NCBI RefSeq assembly: GCF_030684315.1
Contig: NC_081374.1
Span: 11,830,837-11,894,836 of the forward strand
Length of the DNA: 64,000 nucleotides
Reading direction: 5' to 3'
Source of the DNA: Stegostoma tigrinum
Lineage: Eukaryota
The translations under genes and the position numbers were made by a program. The notes under the pieces are model-generated. The model had not been told where the DNA came from. It saw only the letters and a program-made list of their open reading frames with translations, and ran no database searches. Position 1 is the first letter of the stretch. Each line of letters starts with the position of its first letter. This document shows positions 25,661-39,900 of this stretch, piece by piece.

Positions 25661-26059
25661 GGTGTCTGAGCAAGACGGAAAAAAGACAACATAATTTGAA
25701 GGAAAGAGGTCTGCTTCATACTTCAAACTTTTACCCACTGTTTATACTTCGATCTGAGTAGATTGTAGCAAAGTGAAGTAGCACAGCTCAGGGAGTTCAG
25801 TGGCAAAACTGAACTAAAGTTTAATTTTTGATTGACAGCAATAGGTAAATGTCAGATGAAACAAGCTTCAATAGCATGTCCTGTAACACTCCGCATGTTG
25901 TTACAATTGCAGATTCCAAGTTTGATTGGTTGGACATTAGTGGGGGGCACTGCAGCCTGGTGCAATATTACAATGATGAGATGTCTCCTCAGTGAGTGAG
26001 GAACTCAGAACAGCATCATCACACACTGCTCCTTGCACCTTCTACCAAGCAAGTCTTCA

Positions 26060-27418
26060 AGACAACAAAGTGTGGAGCTGGATGAACACAGCAGGCCAAG
26101 CAGCATCTCAGGAGCACAAAAGCTGACGTTTCGGGCCTAGATCCTTCATCAGAGAGGGGAATGGGGAGAAGGAACTGGAATAAATAGGGAGAGAGGGGGA
26201 GGCGGACCGAAGATGGAGAGAAAAGAAGATAGGCGGAGAGGAGAGTATAGGTGAGGAGGTAGGGAGGGGATAGGTCAGTCCAGAGAAGACAGACAGGTCA
26301 AGGAGGCAGGATGAGGTGGTAAGTAGGAAATGGAGGTGCGGTTTGAGGTGGGAGGAAGGGATGGGTGAGAGGAAGAACAGGTTAGGGAAGCAGAGACAGG
26401 CTGGGCTGGTTTTGGGATGCAGTGTGGGGAGGGGACAAGCTGGGCTGGTTTTGTGATGCAGTGGGGGGAGGGGATGAACTGGGCTGGTTTTGGGATGCAG
26501 TGGGGGGAGGGGAGATTTTGAAGCTTGTGAAGTCCACAATGATACCATTGGGATGCAGGGTTCCCAAGTGGAATATGAGTTGCTGTTCCTGTAACCTTCG
26601 GGTAGCATCGTTGTGGCACTGCAGGAGGCCCAGGATGGACATGTCGCTTAAGGAATGGGAGGGGGAGTTGAAATGGATCGCGACCAGGAGGTGCAATTGT
26701 TCAGTGCGAACCGAGTGTAGGTTTTCTGCAAAGCGGTCCCCAAACCTCTGCTTGGTCTCCCTGACGTAGAGGAGGCAACAACAGGAATAGTGGATGCAGT
26801 ATAACACATTGGCAGATATACAGGTGAGCATCTGCTTGATATGGAAAGTCGTCTTGTGTCTTGGGATGTGGGTGAGTGGGGAGGTGTGGGGCAGGTGCAA
26901 CACTTCCTCCAGTTGCAGAAAAAAGTGCCGGGTGTGGTGGGGCTGGAGGCCAGTCTGGAGCGGACAAGGGAGTCCTGGGGAGAGTGGTCCCTCTGGAAAG
27001 CAGATAAGGGTGGGGAGGGAAAAATGTCTTTGGTGGTGGGTTCAGATTGCAGATGGCGGAAGGGTCGGAGGATGATATGTTGGATCCGGAGGTTTGTGGG
27101 GTGGTGCATGAGGATGAGGGGGATTCCGTTTTTGTTATTATTGCGGGGACTGTATGTGAGGGATGAGTTGCGGGAAATGCGGGAGACACGGTCGAGGGCA
27201 TTCTCGACCACTGCGGGTGGGGGATATAGCGGTCCTTGAAAAATGAGGACATCTGAGATGTTCGGGAGTGGAATGTCTCATCCTGGGAGCAGATGCGGTG
27301 GAGGCGAAGGAATTGGGAATAGGGGGTGGCATTTTTGCAGGAAGGTGGGTGAGAGGAGGTGCATTCTAGGTAGCTGTGGGAGTCAGTTGTCTTGAAATGG
27401 ATATCGGTTTCTAGGTGA
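26060..27418 (-). mobile_element. 5'-truncated Neptune-type Penelope element
   Basis: PYSQFLRLHRICS, Cys linker CNWRKCCTC, GIY-YIG remnant; hammerhead core at 26125-26152. Confidence 0.9.
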
Positions 27419-28942
27419 TTGCCAGGCAAGGGGACTCCCTGTCCGCTCCACAGTCCCCTCCAGCCACCAGCTGTAACAACACTCAGCATGTTTGACACCA
27501 TTAAGGACAAAGAAGCCTGTTTAATTGGCATCACATATCCAAGCATTTACTCCCTCCACCATCAATGCTCAGTACCAGTAATGTGTACTATATACAAGAT
27601 ACACTGCTGAAATTCACCTAAGACCCTGAGACAGCAACTTCCAAACATATAATCACTTCCATTTCAAAGAATAAGGGCTGTAGATACATAGGAACACCAA
27701 GACCTACAAGTTCACTTCCAAGCCACTCACCATCCTGACTTGGAAATATATTGCTGTTTCTTCAGTGTCACTGCATCAAAATCCTTCAGTTCTCTCCGCA
27801 AGGGCATTGTGGGTCTACAGCACATTGACTGCAGGATTCCTCAATATCGAGGGAAATACATGTTTCTTGATGTCATGTTGAGTGCACTGAATTCACTAAA
27901 GACTTGTATCTGTAATGTTGGGGACCCTTGTAGGAGGCTGAGATGGATCGTTTGCTTAACATTTCTGGCTGAAGATAGCTGCAAACTTTTCAGCTATATC
28001 TTTTACACTGATATGTTGGTCTCTACCATCATTGAAGATGGGTGTATTTGTGGAGTGTCCTTCTCCACTGTGTATATAATTGCCCACTGCCATTTATGAC
28101 TGGCTCTGGCAGAGCTTAAATCTGATCCATTGTTTGTGAGATTGCTAAGCTCTGTTTATCACATGTTGCTTGTGCTATTCGGTACAAATTCCTGCTTGGT
28201 AGCTTCATGAGGTGACACCGCATTTTTCGGTATGCCTGGTCTGCTCCTGGCATGCCCTCATGCTCTCTCCATTGAGCCAGGGTTGACCTCTGCCTTGATG
28301 GTAATGGTTAAGTGGAGGATATGGTGGGCCAAGAGGTTGCAGATTGTGCTGGAATACAATTCTGCGACCATTGATGGCCCACAGTGCCTGATGGATGACC
28401 AGCCTTGATTTGCTAGATCTGTTCAATGTCTGTCCTATTTAGCATGGTAATAGTGCCACCCATGATAGAGGTTATTCTTGAGGCAGGAAGGTGGGACTTT
28501 GCTGCACAAGGGAGTGCTGTGCTCACTCCTACTGAAGCTATCATGGATAAATGCATCTGCAGCCAGTAGGTTGGTAAGAAGGAAGGAAAGTATGTTATTT
28601 TGCTTCTTGCCAGTTCCCTCAGCATTTGCCCAGATCAAATCGAGCAGGCATGACTTTTAGGACCTGACCAACTCAATCAATAGTGTTGCGGCTGAGCGTC
28701 TCTCGGTGATGGAGATTGGAATTCCCCACCAAGAGTATAGTTTGCACCCTTGGCAAGCTCAGTGTTTCCTCCACTTGCTGTTCAACATGGAAGAGTACTG
28801 GTTCATCTGCCGAGGGAGGACGGTATGTGGCAATCAGCAGGAGCTGTCCTTTCCTATCTTTAATTTGAAGCCATGAGACTTCCTGGCATCCAGACTCAGT
28901 GTTGAGGACATTCAGGGCAACTCCCTCCTGACTGTACAACAA
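27419..28942. mobile_element. CR1/L2-group LINE pieces in opposite orientations (RT 3' end on +, APE on -)
   Basis: IATYRPPSA..LVGNSNLHH endonuclease motifs at 28673-28942; + part resembles 37180-37440. Confidence 0.65.
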
Positions 28943-30515
28943 GTTTTTAAATAGATTTTAATAGATTTTTAAATTCCAGCTTTATTTTATTAAATTCACA
29001 TTCCACCAAACCTGGGTCGCCAAAATATTTGCTGAATTTCTGGATTAATTATCAAGAAATAAATACTGCCTGGTCATTGCCTACTCTAATACCTGATACC
29101 ATCTTTTAGATTTTGGTGCTTTATTGTAATAGCGACTTAACACAGAATATCAGGCATTTGTGTGTAAATTTCAGAAAGTTTATTGTATTTATTAAGAAAC
29201 AGCAGTTGAGATATGACACATTGACTAATTGGATTTTTAAAAAAAGGATACAACACTTCACCAAGAAAATTGACAATGACTGGTCCATGCATTGTCCTGA
29301 CAAACTAATAAAATAACAGCTGTCACATCTTCTTTAAAGGAAAATAAGATGCAATGCACTTGCATTTTCTTTCTGTCAGCAAATAGGGCATTGTATATTT
29401 ATGTATGTCATTTCTCATCCACACAACTGCACCACACTGTGTGTGGAACTGAACAATTTAAAATTAGCTGTCAGAGAAATTCTTTGCACATTCAGATTTG
29501 TTCAGGAAATGTTGTGCAATTATGGAATCATATCTGATGTTGAATTTAGTTTTTGACGTTTATCCTTACTGGCACAGACTCCCACCCAGTATATTGCCTG
29601 TTGCAAACAGCTGAAGGAATACGCTGTTCATATGATCTGCCATATGTTCTACACACTTAGTAATGCACCAACATTGTACTTCATATTCCACATTACTTTT
29701 TGGTGTACAAACATTATTGAAGGAACATTTTTTCACTTGATGGTAGCGTCCTGCTGGTGATACTCGTCATGAAGTCAGCTCTTTGCTCTTGTGAGGAACC
29801 ATTCTCTTGTTGGGTGGCCTCATCAGCAAGTCCAACAATTTCCAAGGCCAGTGTAATTACAGAAGTTAGCTTCAAATGGTCTGAACAAAAATTCTGGATT
29901 TGTCTTCACAAGTAAAAAGATAAATTAATTCTCCTTTCAAAATGCCCCAGGTGCATTTTACTTTGGAAGTATCTGCCCTCAGAGGAAGGTATTAACCGAG
30001 TTGACAGTGAGAAGCGAAACCCACAAGTGAGTTTTAATGGAAAGAGGCTCATGTCATCAGAAACATGTAATCTACCTCATGTTACAATCATGCACACGTT
30101 GTGTTCGTAAAATAGACATAGTTACTAAGAGAGTGAGGAGACCTACCAAAGTCTTAATCCAACAAGATTTTAAGCTACTTTCCCTTTCCCACCACTGTTC
30201 ATACTTTTGAATATATTGAACATTTTGGAACTCAGACAGAGATCCGAGTTCACCTAAGAGGTGACATTCCCTCAGGGGAATTGAAATGCTAGCCTGAGTT
30301 ATTCGGAAAAGTCCTGAAGTAAATCCATAACATTCTATCTTAAGGGCTAGAGTTTGATAAAAAGCCAAAGCTGACTACTGAGAGCTGTTATATTATGGGG
30401 GGCTGTGTACATGGTATGATAGGTATATAACTGAACACGGTACCACAACTCTCAACGTTGGAACCACTTTGACACTTTCATATATCCAAAAAAAAGGAAT
30501 TCAGAAACGGATACA

Positions 30516-30521
30516 TTTATT
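30516..30521 (-). terminator. Candidate polyadenylation signal AATAAA of gene B
   Basis: About 155 nt downstream of the stop codon. Confidence 0.45.
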
Positions 30522-30674
30522 GATGACTGCCTGTTGAGAATAGGAGTGGAATTAGAGGTAACAACTGAGACGAAAGAAGAAATAGACAAAATTGGTTGTG
30601 GTTCATGGAGGATGGAAATAGATTCCAAAGTAAAATGAAATAATGGTCATCACAAATCCACATGGAAAGATTTC

Positions 30675-30971
30675 CTAGAGCTTAACTTCTGCATAAATTG
30701 GCATTTCAGATTCTGGCAAATTCTCTCCTTTTGGAGTTACGACCTTGTTCTCTGGGAGCTGGCTTTGAACCTTGGCATTGCCCCTGGTAACAGAGTAACT
30801 TGTCTCACCACTCCGTGCTGACGACTTCTTTTGAAACTGCGGTTCTGCATACATGACTCCATTTGCATTATTCTTAAAATGGGCAGTTCCTTCACTATGT
30901 ATTCCTCTTGACCTAGTTTCACTGTGCATTATAGTTGCATATACAATGTTCTCTTCAGCTCCTACCATTTG
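30675..30971 (-). CDS. Gene B last exon, tail with IVYATI, VMYAEP, PIYAEV
   Basis: Paralog of gene A tail (shared FQKKSS); phase-0 acceptor. Confidence 0.88.
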   Translation of the reverse strand, partial: QMVGAEENIVYATIMHSETRSRGIHSEGTAHFKNNANGVMYAEPQFQKKSSARSGETSYSVTRGNAKVQSQLPENKVVTPKGENLPESEMPIYAEVKL

Positions 30972-33900
30972 CTAAAACAAAAACACAAAGTTGAATTCAT
31001 TTTTAATTAATCTTAACAGTGATTTGATTTGCAAAGTTGGGAAATCTACTCTCAGATTGTCATTCATTAATTGACAAACTGTTGCAAAGTTTTGTATGTT
31101 ATCTCAGGCTGGAACAAGCAACTTGGTCTAACATCCACATGAACCAGTTCACATTGGTCTTCATTTAACCCCAACAATATATTCATCTAGTCCTTTCTAG
31201 CTCAGGTACTTACCAAACTTGCATGTGAAGTGGCAGTTCGGCGGGTATTGCAGTCAGTGTAGATGGCAGCATATATTTACAAAGGGATACATTGATAAAC
31301 TGAGTGATAGGGCATCATTGTGGCAAATGGAGTTCAATATAATCAAGTGTGAGGTTATCCATTTTGGGGTGTAAACGGATTGGTCAGGATACTTTCTGGA
31401 TGATGTGAAGTCAGAAATAGTGGATATCCAAAGAAACTTGAGACTTCAAATGCATAGATCTTTAAAATGTCAGGAACAGGGACAGAAAATAATCAAGGAA
31501 GCTAATGCAATGCTGACCTTTATCTCCAGAGGACTGGATGATAACGATGCAGAAGTTGTGCTGCAGTTTTACAAAACACTAGTTAGATCCTGCTGGGAAT
31601 ACAGTGAGCAGATCTGGCACGACACCTTAGGGAGGATATATTGGCTTTGGAGGGAGCTCAATGTAGGTTTACAGGAATGCTACCTGGGCCTCTGGGGTTA
31701 GATTCGGAGGATACACTCAACAAACTATGCCTGTTTCCTCTCGAATTTAAAAGGGTCAGGAGAGATCTGATTGAAATCTTCAGGATATTAAAAGAACAAA
31801 ACAGGGCAGATAAGGATTAATTGTTTCCACCAGTTGGGGATTTTTAAACTTGGGCCATTGTCTGAGAATTAGGGCCAGACCATTGAGGTGAGCGATTAGA
31901 AATCACTCTGTATACAAAGGGTGGGAGATATTTGGAACTCTGTGATTGACGAAGCCCGAGTGAAGGATGACAACATACAATTCATACAAAAGGTGTGCAC
32001 CCTAGTGGTGACCAGTGGAAATTCATTTTGAGGGACAGTAGGATTTGTGTTGATAGTCTTTTGTTATTTTTAATGTTTTTGCGTCAATACATTGAACTCT
32101 TCAGAAATGGATGGAAATGCAGGTTGGGAGGTGTCAGCAAAGCTGAAGTCACGATTAAACGCTGAACAAAGTCTCATTTTTAATTGTAAAGACAACTCAT
32201 CCGCTCTTTATACTGATCAATTAGAATATTCAGAGTTAGACCAAGCCAGAAGCGAGTTCAGTCTATCAGACATATTTAAGGAGAATCTCGAGAAACACAA
32301 GAGGACAAAAAAAAAGAAGCTTCTGTTGATCGGGTTAGTTAGAGAGGTCATGGGGGGAACCAGTTGTTGTGATTGGAATGTTTCTGTGCTATTCATTCAA
32401 TATGTAAATTTCTAATTATTATTCAATAAATTGCTATTTGATCTCCTTACCTGATTCTCAAAAGCATTATCTGTTCTATTACCTTCACCATCTTTACCTG
32501 AAAAATTACAACACTGCATTTGAAATACCTGTGATCAGAACGGAGGATGTTTTCTCAATGGCTAAATTGATCACATATTGCAGCCTTACATTGATTTGGT
32601 CTCTTGTTCTTGAATTCTGCACACGAAGGCAGGTCTGACCCACGGCATTATGGTTTGCACCCAATGTGTAGGGCAAGAGCAAACACTCTGAATGCGCCCT
32701 GAGCCAGGACAGGGATTGAACCCCATGTTGTTGGTACCAACCAGTGACAGGGATCAACTCAATCTGGTCCTGCCAACTGCTTCCCCGCCCCCTCCCTGTC
32801 CCATCCAGTGGGTCTCAGTTGCTGTGGCAACATAAACATTTACACGTATGCGGCAGCTGTGGGTCATGATGGTAGATGCTCCAATTTCTTTCCTTCACGT
32901 TACTCAATAGGAATCGCCCCCAGAGTTAGCACGTGTTGGAAATGTTGGAAGGGTTTACAAGCTGACACTTCACCTGTTTGGCTGCTGCATTATGAACACA
33001 CTTCCCTTCTATCAAGTCTTAGATTGAGACTTGAACCCAAGAATACTGGTACAGAGGCAGCAATGCTATTATTGCACTACATGTCCTCCAATTCACAGCC
33101 ACGTCAAGGCAAGTAATACTCTATATTTTGTTACAGAGTGATTAATGTAAAAATAAGGAAGTAGTGTTTACATAGAGGCAGTGCTGATTGTAGCATTGGT
33201 CTCCTCAAAGGACCCACTTGTTCTCGCATTCACTACACTGGATGGAAATTGTTTTACAAGGAGGGCTTGAGTAGAATAAGTGCGTATTCTCCAGAGTTTA
33301 GTTGATTGACGAGTAATGCCATGAAAATGTCTAAAATTCTGAAGGCACTTTGAATAATAGAATTCCTGCAGTGTGAAAGCAGGCCATTCAGTCTATTGAG
33401 ACCACACTGACCCTCTGAACATCACCCCACCCAGACCCACACACCCTACTGTATCGCTGTAACCCTGAATTTCCCATGGCTAACCCATTTAACCTGCACA
33501 TTCCTGGTCAATTTAGCATGGTCAGTTGAACATGTCCAACATCTTTGGACTGTAGGAGGAAACTGGAGCACCCGAAAAAAAAACCCATGCAGATGACCAG
33601 AACATGCAAATTCTACACAGTAACCCGAGAGTGGAATTGATCCTGGGTCCCTACTGCTGTGAGGGAGCTGTGCTAAAAACTGAGCCATTGTATCACACTT
33701 GACAGGAAACATGTCGGGAAAATGTTTTCTTCGGCTGGGGATTCTGGATCCAATGTCACAGAATCAGCAAAAAGGGTGGGCCAAATTGGGACTGAGATTG
33801 GAAGAAATGTGTTCACATAAAAGTCACTGAAATTTCAGAAGCTTCTACCCAGGCAGCCTTGAACACTAGATATATTGAAAGCGGAGACGAATAGATTTTT

Positions 33901-36900
33901 GGGAAGTCAGGGAATTTAGGCAGTCATAGAAAAGAGACCACTTGCTGAAAGATTTCCCCTTAAATAAACAAAAATAATAGATAAAGAATCAACTTGGTTT
34001 TAGCAGACATCTACCTTGCAGAAAACTAGACCTCATTAGATTTTAGAAAACGAAGAACTGTGAATGCTGGAGATCTGGAAAAAAAAAGATGTTACTGGAG
34101 AAACTCAGCAGGCCCGAGACACTGAGTTCAAAATGTAAACTCTGCTTTCTTCCCACGGATGTTTTAACCTGACAAGATCCTAAAGAGAATCTAGAACCAA
34201 ATTCGGCAGTCAGTCAGGATTTCAATATTGATCAACTGACTCTGAAGCTAAATCCCTAAAAGTGGAAGTACTGCTCCTGAATTTGACTGCAACTGATTAC
34301 CATTGGATCAACTGGAAGAAATTCAACTTACTAAGTCCTCAGTACTTGCAATTGCAATGTTCATTTGTTAAAAAATATGAAAAATAAAGATCTATCTAAA
34401 TGTCAGTATGACCTCAACCCTTCCCCCATTCACTTCTGACATTCTAAACCAACGTTGATTGCTACTTCCACCAGAATCCACCTGTAGTCAGCTCAAAGCA
34501 TTCTCCCCACTGCGCTCCAAAACCAGTCCAGCTCATCCCCGCCTCCCTAACCTGTTCTTCCTCTCACCCATCCCCTCCTCCCACCTCAAGCCACACCTCC
34601 ATTTCCTACCTACTAACCCCATCCCACCCCCTTCATCTGTCTGTCCTCCCCAGACTGACCTATCCCCTCCCTATCTCCCCATCTACACTCACCTTTACAG
34701 GCTCCATCCCCACCTCTTTAACTTGTCTGTCTCCTCTCCGCCTATCTTCTCCTCTATCCATCTTCAATCCGCCTCCCCCTCTCTCCCTATTCTTTTCAGA
34801 ACCCTCACCCTGTCCCCCTTTTCTGATGAAGTGTCTAGGTCCGAAACATCAGTTTTTGTGCTCCTAAGGTGCTGCTTGACCTGCTGTGTTCATCCAGCTC
34901 CATACTTTGTTATCTCGGATTCTCCAGCATCTGCAGTTCCCATTATCTCTGATACATTAGTATTATGTTTAATCCATGTGGATCAGAATATTCAACAAGT
35001 TATGATGGTTTGTTAACTAACATTTGGTAATTACAATGAACTGCAATCTCTTTTTAATCTGCAGCAAGCTATTGACAGACTATGAAATGATTGAGGAGAA
35101 ATTGAAACTCACCCTTGTTGACTTGCTTCAGGTACAAAAGCAGCAAAACAGCAAAAACAATGAGCATGGTCCCCAGTACAGCGACCACAATGTAAACTGG
35201 ACTGCGATATAGAGAATAGCAAAGGGTCAGTTCACTGTTCACTGTTGGCTCTTGGGCACTTGTTTAAAGGAAGGAAGTTTTAACATTTATATAGCGCCTC
35301 CCATGATCTTTGAGTGGCTCTAAGCACTTTACAGTCAAGAAAGTACTGTTGAATATTTGTCAGTGTCAGAAACAGGAAATTAAGCACCTGATTTCTGTGG
35401 AGAAAAATCTCAGAAGCAGCAATGAGACATGACCAAATAAATATTGGCCACACATCTGGGGGAGACCCTCGTCTGTTTTCTCCAAAAGTAAGGCCTGACT
35501 TGCTGTGTGCGTCCAACACTCTCTATTTCTCTTCTTATTCTAGTTTTGTTTGATATTTTGTTTCTTTTAACTCTGTTACCACCACTGTAAATTCACTGGT
35601 TCAATTCCAATGTTTATGTCAGACTACAATTTCTGAGGCTTATTGCCAGCAGCCTGGGCAATGAGCATGGAGATGGGGAGTGTAGTGTGCAAAATGAGCG
35701 TGTACATTGCAAATAAGATATCTTTCAAGAATTGACTTAACATGACACAATGTCCAGCTGTCATCAGATGAACACCCAGTTGTTCCACCACTGGCTGACT
35801 GAATATAGGACACACCATCTCAGGGGTATAACGTCACAGATAAAGTCATTGAGGTCTAGGGCACAGAAACAGATCCTTCAGTCAACAGATCTGGGCTGAC
35901 CAGACTTTTCAATCTGACCTAATTCCATTTGCCAGCATTTGGCCCATCTCGCTTTAAAATCTTCTTATTCATATATCTGTCCAGATACTTTTTAAATTTT
36001 GGAATTGTACCAGCCTCCATCAGTTCCTTATGCAGTTCATTCCACAAACACACCACCCTCTGCTCAAAAAGGTTGCCTCTTAAGCCCTTCTTAAATTTTC
36101 CCTCTCTCACCTTAAACCTTTGCCCTCTAGCTTTGGATTCACCCACTCAAGGAAATAGATCTCAGCTATTCAACCTGCCCATGCCCCACATAATTTTATA
36201 AACCTCTACAAGGTCACTCCTCAGCCTCTGACGCTGTAGGGAAAATAGCCCCAGCCTATTCAGCCTGTCCCTATAGCTCAAGCCCTCCAGTCCCAGCAAC
36301 ATCCTTGGAAATCTTTTCTGAACCGTCTCGCCTTTAACAACGCCCTGCCTGTAGACATACTATGACAACGTCAATACCTGGAGGATCTATGTAGAAAATC
36401 TTGACACCATTACTTCATAATTACCTAATGTCTTGCACCAGCCAAAACGACATAACAAATAACATTAAATGAACACACCTTCTCTCAACAATACACCATT
36501 CTGCATTGATAATATATTTTGACCTCTTTGGTGGAGGAGGGCACTATTACAACATTGAAAAGGCATTGGATAGGTAAAGAATAGGAAGGGAATATGGGCC
36601 AAATGCAGGCAAATGGAACTAGGTCAGATTGGGATGTTTTGTCCAAATTGGACAGAAATGTCTGTTTCTGTGTTGTGTGACTCTCTGACTCCATCTATGA
36701 TTCTACACTGCACTGTACCCAGTATTTAACATCACATTGGGACCAGCATTAAGAAGAAGGCCTCTTCTCTGCAAACTTAACCAAAGTCGCAAGATGTTCC
36801 TCCCAAGTGATTTTAAACTGAAACGATTTGTTAATGCAATTCTCTATTTTCACTCATAGAGAAACAACTTTTTCAATGGTGCCACGCCAGGACAGAAAAG

Positions 36901-39900
36901 TGCAAGGTAAATGTGACATTCACAAATGTCATGAAATGGGATGAATGTAGTTGTGAAGCAATTGTGATAGATAATGGATTTGAGGGCCAGCAAATTGAGA
37001 GTGTATTAACCCTTGTTCTTATTTCCATCTAACAAAAACAGCATATTTTGTTAAAACAGCTAATGTTACAACCTGATGTCAATCCAGCTCCATTTCCATT
37101 CCAAGAGCTATGTCATGATATAGTGAATGGTTTCTATCCTGAATTGATTCCACTTGATTGGCAATGTGTCCACGAGTATCCGCTCCCTCCACCACTGATG
37201 CTCAGTAGCAGCAGTGTGCACTATCTGCAAGATGCAATGCAGAAATTCCCCAAAGATCCTCAGACAGCACCTTCCAAACCCATATGGGAACACCACCACC
37301 TTCAAGTTCCCCTCCAAGCCACTCACCATCCTGACTTGGAAGTACATCACCGTTTCCCCACTCTCATTGGGTCCAAGTCCTGGAATTCTGTCCACAATGG
37401 AATTGTGCGTGAACTCACAGCAGGTGGGCTCCTTCAGCTCAAGAAAGCAGCTCACCACCACCTTCTCAATGGCAACTAAGGACGGGCAATAAATCTGGCC
37501 AGCCAGCAACACCCGCATCCCACAAAATGAATGAAAAAAAGTCAAAACATTGTTCAAGAGGATTTAATCCCTTGCATGGAAGCTGCCTAACACTAATGAT
37601 GAGATAATTGCACCTTATACCAAGTTGAGACTCATCTTTTGAACTTGAAGTTGTCACCGGTACTGTTGAAATTCCACAACAGTAATCAGCTCCTGTTGAA
37701 ACAAATAAATAACTTTCAGATTAACCTCATTTTGACTGTAGCTAACCATAAGAGGACCACTGTCAAATAGAACCTTTGGGGGAAAATATCTGGCTGAACA
37801 AATGGGTTTAGAAGGCATAATCTGTGTGAAATCCCCATGCCCCCACTAGCAGGGCAATCCCACTCCGAATTGTCAGTGACTAATCTTTCATGGTAGTTTC
37901 TAATTGTATTCCATATCTCACAGATGGTAGCACAGCATTACCAATTGATCTTGTTAATCGACTCCAATCCTTACATTCCTTTTGTGTCCTGTGCAAACAT
38001 ATAATTCTAGCCAGAGAACTGGCCCTACTCATCACTTGGGCAGGCAACGACCACGTGGCATTATCACTAGACTATTATTCTAGAGACCCAGCAACTGGGG
38101 GCCTGGGTTTGAAACCTGAAATGCAGATGGTGGAATTTGAATTCAATAAAAAATAAGAAACTGGAATTTAGCAGGTGAAAGGCAAGGAGGATAAGAATGA
38201 CAGCATTCCAATTAATCAAATCTAATGTTTTTAGATCATTTGTTTTGGTCTCAAAGTTCCAATTCTTTTAACAAAGTGTTAACTTGCCCTCCCATTGGAA
38301 ACCCCTTCATTGCAATCAGCCATCAGGATAATGGAACTGTGATAATGGGAACTGCAGATGCTGTAGAATCCAAGATAATAAAGTGTGAAGCTGGATGAAC
38401 ACAGCAGGCCAAGCAGCATCTCAGGAGCACAAAAGCTGACGTTTCGGGCCTAGACCCCGCCTCCCCCTCTCTCCCTATTTATTCCAGAACCCTCACCCCA
38501 TCCCCCTCTCTGATGAAGGGTCTAGGCCCGAAACGTCAGCTTTTGTGCTCCTGAGATGCTGCTTGGCCTGCTGTGTCCATCCAGCTTCACACTTTATTAT
38601 CTTGGATTCTCCAGCATCTATAGTTCCCATTATCACTGATACAATTTTAACCCCACTGCGAAGCCTCTTCGAGGGATAACCTGAAGAAGTTACCCTCCTT
38701 CCTCCGGACCAACCTCAGGGAATCTCTTCTTTTCTCTCCATCTTCGGTCCGCCTCCCCCTCTCTCCCTATTTATTCCAGAACCCTCACTCCATCCCCCTC
38801 TCTGATGAAGTGTCTAGGCCCGAAACGTCAGCTTTTGTGCTCCTGAGATGTTGCTTGGCCTGCTGTGTTCATCCAGCTTCACACTTTGTTATCTAGGATA
38901 ATGGAACTGTCATGTTCTCTCATGGATAAAACATCAATAAAACATCTTAAAAGAGAATAATTAATGATACCACTGAGGCATGTACCGTGAGATACTTGTA
39001 GCTCAATTTCAGTAGACACTGAAATGTGGCCAGATTGTTCAATACCACAGCTGTACCATCCTGCATCTTCTGAGTGAAGATCCTCCATTGTAACAGAAAA
39101 CATATTTTGTGTCTTGTTATCGATGATAGATATCCTTCCTCGCTGTCCATGATGGTCATTTGATTTTACTAAAACAGAGCACTGGCGACTCCAAAATTTC
39201 ACATATAATTGTGACCATTTGTCATAGTGACAATCGATTGTGATAGCTCTTCCCAAAACGCCTGTTACTTTATTTTTTGCTGGCACTACAGTTGAACCTG
39301 AAAAGACAATTAATTAATCAAACAGAAATGAACTTCTCAATATGATCAGATACATTTAATGTGAGTTGCCACTGAACACAGAGGAATCTGTCCATTGCAT
39401 CATACGGCTTGTGATGAAATCAACTTCTTGTCCATCTCATTTGAACAAGGAGACCAGCATTCCCTGAGACATGTAACGTTCAGTGTATACTCAGTTGAAG
39501 AGTAGCTTTGTGGTGACATTCCATTTGGGCCAACCACAGGATTTGTGTAAAATAGGCCCAAAGTGGGGCTTTTTGTAGGATTTTCACTTAGTACAGTTTT
39601 AGGGTCACTGAAGAGCATTTTCAAAGAATACAAATTGGGTACTGAAGATCACTGAATTTTGAAGGAGACAGAGACTAGACTCCTTCAAAGTACTGATGTT
39701 TAGTAATGCAGTAGTAAAGACAAAGTAACAGAGCTGCTTGTGTACTGCAGAGGGAGCTTTGAGTGAAGTTCGAGGGCAGTTAGATATGTTGGTGCAGCGT
39801 TGGATGTAGCCATCAGTGATCTGGAATCATTGTGAAGGACCCAAAGGGAGAGATCCTCATGGATAGCACATCCAGTGATGTCATCACTCAGCAGGTAAAG

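Noticed and set aside
6013-35201. Activating (DAP12/FcRgamma-coupled) partner receptor
   Set aside because: Both TM exons lack a charged residue
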